The translations under genes and the position numbers were made by a program. From Acidimicrobiia bacterium (GTDB lineage Bacteria; Actinomycetota; Acidimicrobiia; Spongiisociales; SHLN01): a stretch of DNA of 35,338 bases. The DNA is taken from contig JBPCTX010000288.1 of NCBI GenBank assembly GCA_051011455.1, positions 1-35,338 of the forward strand, given 5' to 3'. Of the stretch, positions 18,751 through 28,975 are shown piece after piece. How positions within the stretch are numbered: position 1 is the stretch's first letter; each line of letters starts with the position of its first letter. Below the pieces are notes generated by a model. It made no database searches. It saw nothing but the letters and a program-made list of their open reading frames with translations, and had not been told where the DNA came from.

Positions 18751-19899
18751 GTGGACCTCTTCGAATACCAAGGCAAGTCGCTGTTCGCCCGGATGGGCGT
18801 GCCGGTGCCGGAGGGTCGGTTGGCGGCGTCTCCGACTTTCGCTCGTACGGCCGCCGACGAGTTGGGCGGTCCGGTTGTAGTCAAGGCACAGGTTCAAGTG
18901 GGAGGCCGTGGCAAGGCCGGCGGGATCAAGCTGGTCGACTCGCCCCGCGGAGCAGAAGAGGCGGCGTCGCAGATTCTGGGGATGGACATCAAGGGTCACA
19001 CGGTCCACTCGGTATGGGTGGAACAGGCCTCGGATATCGCCGCCGAGTATTACGCCAGCTTCACACTGGATCGTTCGGCCAAGAAGCATCTGGCCATGGT
19101 CAGCGCCCAGGGGGGCGTCGACATCGAAGGCGTAGCCGAGTCCGATCCGGAGGCTGTCGTCAGGCTCCACATCGACCCAGTGGTCGGACTCACGGACTGG
19201 CAGGCTCGCGAGCTGGTGTACCGGGCCAAGCTGGAGCCAACGGCAGCCCGCAAGGCGGCGGCCGCTCTTAAGAAGCTGTACGAGGCGTTTGTCTCGCTCG
19301 ACTGTGACCTGGTCGAAGTCAATCCCCTCATCCTGACCACCGGGGGCGACGTGGTCGCTCTCGATGCCAAGGTCACCCTCGACGCCAACGCCTTCTACCG
19401 GCATCCGGACTTCGGCGAGTTCGAGGCAGCCTTTACCCGCGATCCGATCGAAGCCATGGCAATGGAAAGCGACCTGAACTTCATCAAACTGGATGGCAGC
19501 GTAGGGATCATTGGCAATGGCGCCGGCCTGGTGATGAGCACGCTGGACGTGGTCGACCTGGTCGGGGGGCGAGCCGCCAACTTCTTGGACGTCGGCGGCG
19601 GAGCCGGGGCCGACACCATCACCAACGCACTCGAGGTGCTGACCGGGGACAAGGCGGTCCGGTCGGTGCTCATCAACATCTTCGGGGGGATCACCCGCTG
19701 TGATCTGGTTGCTGAGGGAATCATTGAAGCGCTCGGTCGGCTCGATCTGCCTTGGCCGATTGTGGTTCGCCTCGATGGGACCAACGCAGAGGCAGGACGG
19801 GCCATCCTCGCCGACTCGCCCAACCAGAAACTGATTGCGGCCGCCACGATGCGGGAGGCAGCCGAGAGGGCGGTCGAATTGGCTGGAGGGGGTTCCTGA
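18751..19899 (+). CDS. sucC: Succinyl-CoA ligase (ADP-forming) beta subunit
   Basis: '[20 protein letters not shown]', '[16 protein letters not shown]', '[10 protein letters not shown]'. The GTG start lies 3 nt after the upstream stop. Confidence 0.95.
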   Translation: MDLFEYQGKSLFARMGVPVPEGRLAASPTFARTAADELGGPVVVKAQVQVGGRGKAGGIKLVDSPRGAEEAASQILGMDIKGHTVHSVWVEQASDIAAEYYASFTLDRSAKKHLAMVSAQGGVDIEGVAESDPEAVVRLHIDPVVGLTDWQARELVYRAKLEPTAARKAAAALKKLYEAFVSLDCDLVEVNPLILTTGGDVVALDAKVTLDANAFYRHPDFGEFEAAFTRDPIEAMAMESDLNFIKLDGSVGIIGNGAGLVMSTLDVVDLVGGRAANFLDVGGGAGADTITNALEVLTGDKAVRSVLINIFGGITRCDLVAEGIIEALGRLDLPWPIVVRLDGTNAEAGRAILADSPNQKLIAAATMREAAERAVELAGGGS

Positions 19900-20771
19900 T
19901 GGCCATCCTGGTAGATGAAGGCACCCGGCTGGTGGTGCAGGGTCTGACCGGCAAGGAGGGCCAGTTCCACGGCTTTCGGAACCGCGACTACGGCACCAAC
20001 CTGGTGGCAGGTGTCACCCCCGGCAAAGGCGACACCGACCTCGACGGAGTTCCCATCTTCAACACCATGGCTGAGGCGGTCGGGGCAACCGGGGCCAACA
20101 CCGCTATGACGTTTGTGCCGCCTCCCTTTGCGGCCGATGCCATCATGGAGGCGGCCGCGGCCGGCGTCGACCTGGTCGTCGCCATCACCGAGGGCATCCC
20201 GGCCCACGACGAGGCCAGGGTCTACAACTACATCACCCAGACCTCCGACACCCGCCTACTGGGTCCCAACTGCCCCGGCCTGCTTTCTCCCGGCAAGGCC
20301 AACGTCGGGATCATGCCACCCGAGATCGCCATGCCGGGACGGGTGGGAGTGGTTTCCCGGTCCGGCACACTGACCTACCAGGCCGTGCATGAGTTGACGG
20401 TGCTTGGGATCGGGCAGAGCAGCTGCATCGGTATCGGTGGCGATCCCGTGCCCGGCACCTCTTTCGTGGATGTGCTCGACCTGTTCCAGCAGGATGACGA
20501 AACCGACGCCATCGTGATGATCGGTGAGATCGGAGGCGACGCGGAGGAACAGGCGGCCGACTTCATCAGCGCCAAGGTCACCAAGCCTGTCGTCTCCTAT
20601 ATCGCGGGGGTCACCGCCCCACCCGGCAAGAAGATGGGCCACGCCGGTGCCATCATCTCCGGGAACAAGGGCACCGCCTCGGCCAAGATGGAGGCTCTGG
20701 CGGCTGTCGGGGCCACCGTGCTCGACGACCCCACCGAAATCGGAACGGCGATTCAGTCTGTGCTGGGCTGA
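19899..20771 (+). CDS. sucD: Succinyl-CoA ligase alpha subunit
   Basis: '[10 protein letters not shown]', 'SRSGTLTYQ', 'MGHAGAII' (phosphohistidine loop). The ATG overlaps the sucC TGA (TGATG). The track ORF from 19752 is an in-frame upstream extension inside sucC. Confidence 0.95.
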   Translation: MAILVDEGTRLVVQGLTGKEGQFHGFRNRDYGTNLVAGVTPGKGDTDLDGVPIFNTMAEAVGATGANTAMTFVPPPFAADAIMEAAAAGVDLVVAITEGIPAHDEARVYNYITQTSDTRLLGPNCPGLLSPGKANVGIMPPEIAMPGRVGVVSRSGTLTYQAVHELTVLGIGQSSCIGIGGDPVPGTSFVDVLDLFQQDDETDAIVMIGEIGGDAEEQAADFISAKVTKPVVSYIAGVTAPPGKKMGHAGAIISGNKGTASAKMEALAAVGATVLDDPTEIGTAIQSVLG

Positions 20772-20816
20772 GCCCGGCGGGGTGACTCGGTCCACTCATC
20801 GGGCTGAGGTGAGCTG

Positions 20817-21410
20817 ATGGCGGAATTGCTGGCCGGTATGTCTCTGGGCTTCGCAGCCGGGGTCAGCCCCGGTCCGCTGCTCACGCTGGTCGTGGCGACC
20901 GCTCTCGAACACGGCCCGGCGGCCGCGATCCGGGTGTCATTCGCTCCGCTGGTCACCGATACCACGGTCATCCTGCTGGCTCTGGTTGTGCTCACCAATG
21001 TTCCGGATCGGGTCTTTACGGTGCTCGGCCTGATCGGCGGCGTCTATCTGATCGTGCTGGGGGTGGGGGAGTTGCGGGCGCAGCCCGCCACCGGCGATCC
21101 CGTCGAACGGGGACCGGCGGTTGACCTGATGCGGGGAATTGGAGTCAACTTTCTCAGCCCGCACCCCTGGCTGTTCTGGATCACTGCCGGTGGACCGTTG
21201 CTGGTGGAGGCCTGGCGCCGCGCTCCTGCCCGCGGTGCCGCCTTCCTGGTCGGGTTCTACGTGCTCATCGTCGGAACCAAGGCGACCATCGGATGGTTCA
21301 TCGGGCGCACCCGCCATCGGTTGGGCGCCACCTGGCGGCTTCGGCTGGTGCGGGTAGCCGGCGGTTTGCTGGTGACAATCGGGCTGCTGTTGATCGTCCA
21401 GCAGCTCTGA
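20817..21410 (+). CDS. LysE/RhtB-family amino-acid exporter
   Basis: 197 aa with about 6 hydrophobic helices. N-terminal 'GFAAGVSPGPLLTLV' fits the LysE-family motif. Confidence 0.8.
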   Translation: MAELLAGMSLGFAAGVSPGPLLTLVVATALEHGPAAAIRVSFAPLVTDTTVILLALVVLTNVPDRVFTVLGLIGGVYLIVLGVGELRAQPATGDPVERGPAVDLMRGIGVNFLSPHPWLFWITAGGPLLVEAWRRAPARGAAFLVGFYVLIVGTKATIGWFIGRTRHRLGATWRLRLVRVAGGLLVTIGLLLIVQQL

Positions 21411-21453
21411 TTCGCGCCCATCCCGGGGGCGGCGATAGGGGTCGAATTCGGGT

Positions 21454-21506
21454 TGTGACTTGCGTCCGGCGGGATGTGACTTGCGGCCCGGGACTCCGCT
21501 AGTCAC
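21454..21506 (+). promoter_or_regulatory. folD leader element: 11-nt direct repeat tgtgacttgcg x2 (21-nt period) plus inverted partial copy
   Basis: Copies at 21454-21464 and 21475-21485. ccgctagtcac ends at 21506 and can pair with either copy. Copy 2 gives the hairpin 21477-21506 (6 bp + T.T mismatch + 4 bp, 9-nt loop). Confidence 0.4.
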
Positions 21507-21524
21507 GGCCCTAGGCTGGACGGC

Positions 21525-22379
21525 ATGACAAAACTGCTCACTGGAAAAGAACCCGCTCAAGCCATCAAAGACGAAGTCGCAGAACGAATCACCGCATTAG
21601 GAAGGCGAGTCGGTCTCGCCACTGTGCTGGTCGGTGAGGACCCCGCCAGCGAGGTGTATGTGCGTATGAAGCACAAAGCCGCGGCCAAGGTCGGTATGTA
21701 TACCTACGACCATCACATCCCGGGAGACACACCGCAAGCAGAGGTCGAGGATCTGGTGCGAAGCCTCAACGCCGATCCTTCAGTCGACGGGATCCTGGTT
21801 CAGTTGCCTCTACCCGACGGCCTCAACCCGGACACCGTCATCGACATCATCGACCCCGGTAAGGATGCCGATGGTCTCCACCCGCATAGCCTGGGGCTGG
21901 TCGTGTTGGAGCGCAAAGGCGGGGCGGTTCCGGCCACGCCGCAGGGAATCATGCGGATGCTGGATTTCTACGACATCGAGACGGAAGGCAAGCTGGCAGT
22001 CATAATCGGCCGTTCCCGCCTTGTGGGACGCCCGATGGGGTTGCTGCTCAACCACAAGGCTGCCAACTCGACGGTCGTCTTTGCCCACTCCCGCACCAAG
22101 GATCTCCCTTCGATCACCGCCATGGCAGACATCTTGATCGTGGCGGCCGGCCGACCCGGACTGGTTACCGTCGAAGGCGTGAAGCCTGGGGCCGTAGTCG
22201 TGGATGTCGGCATCAATCGTGTCGACGACAAACTGGTCGGCGATGTCGACTTCGACTCGATTTCCGAGGTCGCCTCTGCCATCACTCCGGTGCCGGGTGG
22301 GGTCGGCCCGATGACCATCGCCAGCCTGCTGCTCAACACGGTCTCGTTGGCCGAGGCGAGGGCCGAAGCAGGCGGCTAG
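21525..22379 (+). CDS. folD: Bifunctional methylene-THF dehydrogenase / methenyl-THF cyclohydrolase
   Basis: 'LATVLVGEDPASEVYVRMKHKA', 'VDGILVQLPLP', 'GRSRLVGRPM', 'TPVPGGVGPMTIA'. Confidence 0.95.
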   Translation: MTKLLTGKEPAQAIKDEVAERITALGRRVGLATVLVGEDPASEVYVRMKHKAAAKVGMYTYDHHIPGDTPQAEVEDLVRSLNADPSVDGILVQLPLPDGLNPDTVIDIIDPGKDADGLHPHSLGLVVLERKGGAVPATPQGIMRMLDFYDIETEGKLAVIIGRSRLVGRPMGLLLNHKAANSTVVFAHSRTKDLPSITAMADILIVAAGRPGLVTVEGVKPGAVVVDVGINRVDDKLVGDVDFDSISEVASAITPVPGGVGPMTIASLLLNTVSLAEARAEAGG

Positions 22380-22420
22380 CACCGGACATTCCCAACTAAA
22401 CGAGACAGCTAGGAGAACTC

Positions 22421-23623
<1,203 letters not shown>

Positions 23624-23662
23624 GCCGGACTTCGTCCGGCTTGGGAGTTACTTCGTAACTCC
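23624..23662 (+). terminator. Twin stem-loops directly after the icd stop (no U-tract)
   Basis: gccggac-ttc-gtccggc (23624-23640, 7 bp) and ggagttac-ttc-gtaactcc (23644-23662, 8 bp). Both apices read ACTTCGT. Confidence 0.45.
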
Positions 23663-23685
23663 AGGCCCGGCGACCGCCAGAACTC

Positions 23686-23754
23686 AATAGGCAATAGGCG
23701 GTAACGCTGTCGGCTGTCGGCTGTCGGCTGTCGGCTGTCGGCTGTCGGCCGCTG
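23686..23754. repeat. Heptanucleotide tandem arrays: (aataggc)x2, then (gctgtcg)x6 plus one degenerate unit
   Basis: Read directly: aataggc at 23686-23692 and 23693-23699. Six perfect gctgtcg units at 23706-23747, then gccgctg. Lies in the icd-mdh intergenic region. Confidence 0.95.
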
Positions 23755-23789
23755 GCTACCCTTCGATTGGCCGACTAGAGGGAGAGATA

Positions 23790-24728
23790 ATGAGCAAGGT
23801 GACGGTCGTCGGGGCCGGGAAATACGGGTCGACTACGGCCATGCGATTGGCCGAGGCGGACATTGTTGACGAGGTCGTCATGACCGACATCGTGGAGGGA
23901 CTCCCGCAGGGATTGGCTCTCGACATCAACCAGTCACGCCCGCTGCTTGGTTATCGGACGTTGATCAAAGGCTCTAACGACTATGCCGACACCGCCGGTA
24001 GCGATGTCGTGGTCATCACCGCCGGCCTGCCCCGCAAACCAGGAATGAGCCGGATGGACTTGCTCGAAGTCAACGCCAGGATCGTCAAAGATGTGACGAC
24101 TCAGATCGCCGAGCACTCACCGGAGGCGATCATCATCAACGTCACCAACCCCCTCGACCACATGACGACACTGGCCGCCGAGGTCTCCGGTTTTGCCACC
24201 GAACGGGTTATGGGCCAGGCCGGAATGCTGGACTCGGCCCGCTTCGCCCACTTCATCGCCGAGGTGACCGGCACCGACATCATGTCTGTGTCCGCCCTCA
24301 CCCTCGGCAGCCACGGCGAGACCATGGTGCCGGTTCCCTCCCAGACCAAGGTAGGAGACAAGCTGGTGACGGACATACTCGATGCCGCTGCCGTGGATGA
24401 CCTGGTAGATCGCACCCGCAAAGGGGGCGCCGAGGTCGTTGCCCTCCTCAAGACGGGCAGCGCCTACTTCGCTCCCTCGGCCGCAGCCGCCAACATGGTC
24501 GAGGCCGTTATCGGGGACACAGGTGAGATGATGCCGGTGTGCGCCTGGATGGGTGGGGAGTACGGCATTTCCGACGTCTACCTGGGCGTTCCGGCCCGAC
24601 TCGGCAAAGAAGGCATCAAGGAGATCGTCGAGCTCCCTCTCACCGACACTGAGGCCGCCGCCCTCGCCGATGCCGCCACCGCCGTCAAAGAAAAGGTCGA
24701 CGAACTCCACCAACTAGATCTGGACTGA
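23790..24728 (+). CDS. mdh: Malate dehydrogenase (LDH-like MDH family)
   Basis: 'KVTVVGAGKYGSTTA', 'VVVITAGLPRKPGMSRMDL', 'NPLD', 'GSHGETMVP'. SD GAGGGAGAG. Confidence 0.95.
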   Translation: MSKVTVVGAGKYGSTTAMRLAEADIVDEVVMTDIVEGLPQGLALDINQSRPLLGYRTLIKGSNDYADTAGSDVVVITAGLPRKPGMSRMDLLEVNARIVKDVTTQIAEHSPEAIIINVTNPLDHMTTLAAEVSGFATERVMGQAGMLDSARFAHFIAEVTGTDIMSVSALTLGSHGETMVPVPSQTKVGDKLVTDILDAAAVDDLVDRTRKGGAEVVALLKTGSAYFAPSAAAANMVEAVIGDTGEMMPVCAWMGGEYGISDVYLGVPARLGKEGIKEIVELPLTDTEAAALADAATAVKEKVDELHQLDLD

Positions 24729-24734
24729 TTGGTC

Positions 24735-24811
24735 CCACCCCTCCCGCTTGCGGGAGGGCGGCAACACTGCGTGTTGCTGAGGGGAGGGGTGGGCAACCCG
24801 CAGGGTTGCCA
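24735..24811 (+). terminator. Multi-hairpin structured element after the mdh stop, with mutually exclusive pairings
   Basis: H1 24740-24759 (8 bp, CTTG loop). H2 24762-24778 (7 bp). H3 24793-24811 (8 bp). In addition, 24735-24746 (cccacccctccc) is perfectly complementary to 24783-24794 (gggaggggtggg), which competes with H1 and H3. No U-tract. Confidence 0.4.
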
Positions 24812-24840
24812 GCGCGTTCCTGTGTTATTGATTGGTAGAG

Positions 24841-24952
24841 CAGTAGGCAGTAAGCAGTAAGCAAGAATGATTGCTGATTGCTGATTGCTTGCGGATTGCT
24901 GGTTGCTGGTAGCTGGTAGCTGGTAGCTACCGCCCACTACCCTCTACCTCAA
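24841..24952. repeat. Composite heptanucleotide array (about 16 heptads in one continuous phase)
   Basis: gcagtag gcagtaa gcagtaa gcaagaa tgattgc tgattgc tgattgc ttgcgga ttgctgg ttgctgg tagctgg tagctgg tagctac cgcccac taccctc tacctca. Lies in the mdh-SCP2 intergenic region. Confidence 0.9.
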
Positions 24953-24976
24953 ATCACCAAGAAGGAGACAGTTTCT

Positions 24977-25363
24977 ATGTCCGTCAAGTTCCTCTCCGAG
25001 GACTGGCTCGCCGCAGCCAATACCACGCTGGCCGGTGACGGCGACTATCAGGCTGCGACGGCAGCCACCGACCTGACCCTGCAATTCGTTGTGACCGACG
25101 GTCCGGACGGTGACGTCGAGTACAACGTCGCAGTGGGCGGTGGGACCACCTCGTTCGCCGGTGGAGCCGCCGATGGCGCCGATGCAACTATTCGGAACAG
25201 CCACGAGACGGCGGTGGCGATCTCTAAGGGCGATCTCAACACCCAGGCTGCCTTCATCTCCGGCAAGCTCAAGGTCGAAGGCAATCTCGCCAAGATCATG
25301 ATGAACCAGGCCGCCCTGGCCGCCCTCGCCGACGCCCTCAAGGGCCTCGATATCGAGTACTAA
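24977..25363 (+). CDS. SCP2 sterol-binding-domain protein
   Basis: 'DLNTQAAFISGKLKVEGNLAKIMM' is the typical SCP2 C-terminal signature. SD AAGGAGA. TAA stop. Confidence 0.8.
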   Translation: MSVKFLSEDWLAAANTTLAGDGDYQAATAATDLTLQFVVTDGPDGDVEYNVAVGGGTTSFAGGAADGADATIRNSHETAVAISKGDLNTQAAFISGKLKVEGNLAKIMMNQAALAALADALKGLDIEY

Positions 25364-25426
25364 TCAGCTATCAGCTATCAGCTATCAGCTATCAGCTATG
25401 ACCGATGACCGATGACCGATGACTGC
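25364..25426. repeat. Heptanucleotide arrays (tcagcta)x5 then (tgaccga)x3 plus one degenerate unit, in one phase
   Basis: Starts at the first nucleotide after the SCP2 TAA stop. It fills most of the 80-nt gap to the convergent sdhB stop (25444). Confidence 0.95.
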
Positions 25427-25443
25427 GGCGTCGAAGACTCTGC

Positions 25444-26208
25444 TCAGCTCTTCTGACCCATCAGGCGGCGGCTCTTGACTTTGCCGCGGACGTAGTCGGC
25501 GTTCATCAGCGCTATGAAATCGATGCTGATGTCCTGTGGGCAAGCGGAGGCGCACTCGGCGATGTTGGTGCACGATCCGAAGAACTCTTCCATGGTGTCG
25601 ACCATGTTCACCGTGCGAGCCCACCGCTCCGGCTGTCCCTGGGGAAGCAGATTGAGGTGAGCGATCTTGGCAGCGGTGAAGAGTTGGGCGGCTCCGTTGG
25701 GGCAGGCCGCCACGCAGGCCCCACAGCCGATGCAAGCGGCCGCGTCCATGGCAGCGTCGGCGGCATCCTTCGGCACCGGGATCATGTTGGCGTCCGGGGC
25801 ACTGCCGGTTGGCACTGTGATGAACCCGCCCGACTCGATGATTCGGTCGAAGGCGCTCCGGTCCACCACCAGGTCCCTCACTATTGGGAAGCCAGCCGCC
25901 CGCCACGGTTCAACGGTGATCACATCGCCGTCTTCGAACTTGCGCATGTGTAGCTGGCAGGTAGCGGTCGATCGCTGCGGTCCGTGAGGAATCCCATCGA
26001 TCATGAGGCTGCACGTGCCGCAAATGCCCTCGCGGCAATCGTGATCGAACTCGATCGGGACCTCGTTGGCGTCGATCAGCTTCTCGTTGACGGTGTCCAG
26101 CATCTCCAGGAACGACATGTCCGGGCTGATGTCTGGCACGTCGTAGGTGCTGAACCCGCCTGCCCGCTCGGGGCCGTCCTGACGCCACACCTTGAGCGTG
26201 ATGTTCAC
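25444..26208 (-). CDS. sdhB: Succinate dehydrogenase/fumarate reductase iron-sulfur subunit
   Basis: Cys clusters 'CREGICGTC', '[12 protein letters not shown]', '[12 protein letters not shown]'. The GTG start at 26208 overlaps the sdhA TGA (GTGA). The track ORF to 26298 is an extension inside sdhA. Confidence 0.9.
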   Translation of the reverse strand: MNITLKVWRQDGPERAGGFSTYDVPDISPDMSFLEMLDTVNEKLIDANEVPIEFDHDCREGICGTCSLMIDGIPHGPQRSTATCQLHMRKFEDGDVITVEPWRAAGFPIVRDLVVDRSAFDRIIESGGFITVPTGSAPDANMIPVPKDAADAAMDAAACIGCGACVAACPNGAAQLFTAAKIAHLNLLPQGQPERWARTVNMVDTMEEFFGSCTNIAECASACPQDISIDFIALMNADYVRGKVKSRRLMGQKS

Positions 26209-28121
26209 TTGTAGCTCCGGGTGGTGAGGGCGACGTTCTCGAATTCGAGCGCTTCCTTGTTCAACCGGGGCTCGGCATCCTGCCCGGCCCACTCCCACGA
26301 GGCCACGTAGGCGAACTCGTCATCGCGGCGCAGCGCCTCACCCTCCTCGGTCTGATGCTCCTCCCGGAAGTGGCCGCCGCATGACTCCTCGCGATTGAGC
26401 GCGTCACGGCACATGAGCTCGCCTAGCTCGAAGAAGTCAGCGACGCGGCCGGCCTTCTCAAGCGACTGGTTGAGGGTCTCGTTCTCGCCCAGGACCCGCA
26501 CGTCCCGGTAGAACTCGTCGCGCAGCGCGGGTATGTCGGCGAGTGCCCTCTCCAGCCCGGCCTGATTGCGGGCCATCCCGCAGTGCTCGAGCAGGATCTT
26601 CCCGAGCTCGCGATGGAACCAATCGACCGACCGGGATCCTTTGATGCTCGTGAACCGGTTGATTCGATCGACGACCTCGGATTCGGCCTCAGCGAACACC
26701 GGGTCGTCGGTGGGAACCGGATCGGTGTTCAAGTACCCGGCCAGGTAGTTGCCGATCGTGTAGGGAAGCACGAAGTAGCCGTCGGCCAGACCCTGCATCA
26801 GGGCGCTGGCACCCAGTCGATTGGCTCCATGGTCGCTGAAGTTGGCTTCACCGATTGAGTAGAGGCCGGGGACGGTGGTCATCAACTCGTAGTCCACCCA
26901 CAGGCCGCCCATCGTGTAGTGGGGGGCCGGGTAGATGCGCATGGGCACTTCGTAGGGGTTCTCGTCGGTGATGCGCTCGTACATTTCAAAGAGGTTGCTG
27001 TAGCGGGCCTCGATGACGTCGCGACCGAGCCGTTCAATCGAATCCCGGAAGTCCAGGTAGACGCCGTTGTGGAGCGGTCCCACCCCTTTGCTCAGGTCGA
27101 TCTGCTGCTTGGCGGCCCGTGAGGCCACGTCCCGGGGCACCAGGTTGCCAAAGGACGGATAGCGCCGTTCCAGGTAGTAGTCCCGCTCTGCTTCCGGGAT
27201 GTCTGCGGCCGGCCGCCCGTCCTCTGCCTTGTCCGGCACCCAGATCCGCCCGTCGTTGCGAAGGGACTCGGACATCAACGTCAGCTTCGACTGGAATTCG
27301 TCGCTGGCAGGGATGCAGGTCGGGTGGATCTGCGTGAAGCTGGCGTTGGCGAACTGAGCGCCCTTGCGATACGCCCGCCAGATAGCCGTCGTGTTGCAGG
27401 CCATTGCGTTGGTGCTGAGGTAGTACGCATTGCTATATCCACCGGTGGCCAGCACGACGGCGTGGGCGGAGTGCGTCGAGATCTCGCCGCTGGCCAGGTC
27501 CCTCACGACGACGCCGACGGCGCGCCCGTCTTTGAGGACGATCTCGAGCATCTCCGAGCGGGTGTGCAGCTTGACCGTGCCCAGACCCACCTGGCGGGCT
27601 AATGCCTGATACGAGCCGATCAACAACTGCTGGCCGGTCTGGCCCCTGGCGTAGAAGGTGCGCGAAACCTGTACCCCTCCAAAGGAGCGGTTGTCGAGCA
27701 GGCCGCCATACTCGCGGGCGAACGGGACGCCCTGGGCCGTGCACTGGTCGATGATCTCGTTGCTGACTTCGGCCAACCGGTAGACGTTGGCCTCTCGGGA
27801 GCGGTAGTCGCCGCCCTTGATGGTGTCGTAGAACAACCGCGAGATGCTGTCGCCGTCGCCGTGGTAGTTCTTGGCCGCATTTATGCCGCCCTGGGCCGCG
27901 ATGCTGTGAGCCCGCCGGGGGCTGTCGTGATAGGTGAAGGCGTCCACGTTGTAACCCAGCTCGCCAAAGGTGGCAGCGGCGGATGCGCCGGCCAGGCCGG
28001 TGCCGATCACAATGATCTTGAACTTGCGCTTGTTGGTGGGAGCAACCAGCTTCATGTCGAAGCGGTAGCTGTCCCACTTCTCCTTGAGGGGCCCGGCCGG
28101 GACTTTGCTGTCAAGCATCAT
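26205..28121 (-). CDS. sdhA: Succinate dehydrogenase/fumarate reductase flavoprotein subunit
   Basis: '[15 protein letters not shown]' (FAD dinucleotide fold), '[12 protein letters not shown]', 'HPTC', 'HYTMGGL'. The ATG at 28121 overlaps the sdhC TGA (ATGA). Confidence 0.95.
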   Translation of the reverse strand: MMLDSKVPAGPLKEKWDSYRFDMKLVAPTNKRKFKIIVIGTGLAGASAAATFGELGYNVDAFTYHDSPRRAHSIAAQGGINAAKNYHGDGDSISRLFYDTIKGGDYRSREANVYRLAEVSNEIIDQCTAQGVPFAREYGGLLDNRSFGGVQVSRTFYARGQTGQQLLIGSYQALARQVGLGTVKLHTRSEMLEIVLKDGRAVGVVVRDLASGEISTHSAHAVVLATGGYSNAYYLSTNAMACNTTAIWRAYRKGAQFANASFTQIHPTCIPASDEFQSKLTLMSESLRNDGRIWVPDKAEDGRPAADIPEAERDYYLERRYPSFGNLVPRDVASRAAKQQIDLSKGVGPLHNGVYLDFRDSIERLGRDVIEARYSNLFEMYERITDENPYEVPMRIYPAPHYTMGGLWVDYELMTTVPGLYSIGEANFSDHGANRLGASALMQGLADGYFVLPYTIGNYLAGYLNTDPVPTDDPVFAEAESEVVDRINRFTSIKGSRSVDWFHRELGKILLEHCGMARNQAGLERALADIPALRDEFYRDVRVLGENETLNQSLEKAGRVADFFELGELMCRDALNREESCGGHFREEHQTEEGEALRRDDEFAYVASWEWAGQDAEPRLNKEALEFENVALTTRSYK

Positions 28122-28840
28122 GACCCGACCAGCCCGGTGGTAATCGCCAGAGGAATCGAGACGTTCCCGATAACGAGCAGGGCTGTGAACCCGATCGCGA
28201 AATTGCGGCGCCAGGCGTTGAAGCGAGGATTGGTGACGCCGAGGCTCTGGAACAGACTCCATGCCCCGTGGAGCAGATGGAGACCGAGTGCCAGGTTGGC
28301 GAAGATGTACCAGGCCGCCGTGGCCGGATTCTCGAGGCCCAGTATCAGGTTGTTGCGAGCTTCCCCGCGCACGAAATCGGGATGCAGCCAGGAGAACCCC
28401 CAGGTGAGGTGGGCGAGGTGATAGACGATGAATACCAGGACGATTAGTCCTGTCACCAGCATGTGGCGGGAGGCGAAACGCGATTCAATCCACTGCTGTC
28501 GCTCGTAGCCGATCGGACTGGCGTGCCGGTTCTTCCACCACAGAGTGAACCCGGCGTGTAGGTGGACTACGAAGGCGGCCAGCAGCCCCAATCGGGCCAC
28601 CCAGAGAATCAGAGTGCGAGAGAAGATCGGCTCGCCGATGTCCCGCAATCCTTCTGCATACTCGTCGAAGCGGGCCGGGTCCTCGTAGAGATGCAGGTTC
28701 CCGAACATGTGAAAGAAGACGAACCCGAGGCCGACGATCCCGGAGATTGCCATCACCCACTTGCGCCCGACGTTTGAGCCATAGAACTCAGCGAACCAGG
28801 GGAGCGGGCGTCTCTTGCTAGGGGACTGGGTGGTCGTCAT
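28118..28840 (-). CDS. sdhC: Succinate dehydrogenase cytochrome b subunit (single 5-TM, b558/Sdh1 type)
   Basis: Five hydrophobic helices with conserved His residues ('FFHMFGNLH', 'VVHLHAG', 'VYHLAHL', 'GLHLLHG'). Gene order is sdhC-A-B. The ATG at 28840 is preferred over the TTG at 28861. Confidence 0.85.
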   Translation of the reverse strand: MTTTQSPSKRRPLPWFAEFYGSNVGRKWVMAISGIVGLGFVFFHMFGNLHLYEDPARFDEYAEGLRDIGEPIFSRTLILWVARLGLLAAFVVHLHAGFTLWWKNRHASPIGYERQQWIESRFASRHMLVTGLIVLVFIVYHLAHLTWGFSWLHPDFVRGEARNNLILGLENPATAAWYIFANLALGLHLLHGAWSLFQSLGVTNPRFNAWRRNFAIGFTALLVIGNVSIPLAITTGLVGS

Positions 28841-28946
28841 AGCCAAGCCTGAAGCTAGCAATCGCTCGAGCGTTTCTGTAGTTCGCCTGCCAGCAGTCTC
28901 TGATCCCGCATCGTCCGCCGGGCAACGGGTAGCCGCTTGCCGCGAT

Positions 28947-28975
28947 TTGACCCGCGCGCGCGGGGAGCCTAAATT
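28947..28975 (+). promoter_or_regulatory. Candidate sigma-A-type promoter for whiB (TTGACC-N17-TAAATT)
   Basis: TTGACC at 28947-28952, a 17-nt GC-rich spacer, and TAAATT at 28970-28975, about 37 nt upstream of the TTG start. An AT-rich island with palindrome AATTAC-N6-GTAATT (28972-28989) overlaps the -10/+1 region. Confidence 0.4.

Noticed and set aside
18541-20207. Long minus-strand ORFs 18541-19404 (287 aa) and 19395-20207 (270 aa)
   Set aside because: They lie antisense to sucC/sucD, whose translations carry unmistakable family motifs. Their composition is Arg/Gly/Pro-biased, as is typical of shadow ORFs in high-GC DNA.
21440-21524. Confident ZTP (pfl) riboswitch call upstream of folD
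   Set aside because: Only the 5' core (13 of 15 nt) resembles the consensus as recalled. I could not identify the P1 closing strand or the conserved CCGCCUGGGC 3' sub-domain. It is reported as an unexplained structured repeat that needs a covariance-model search.
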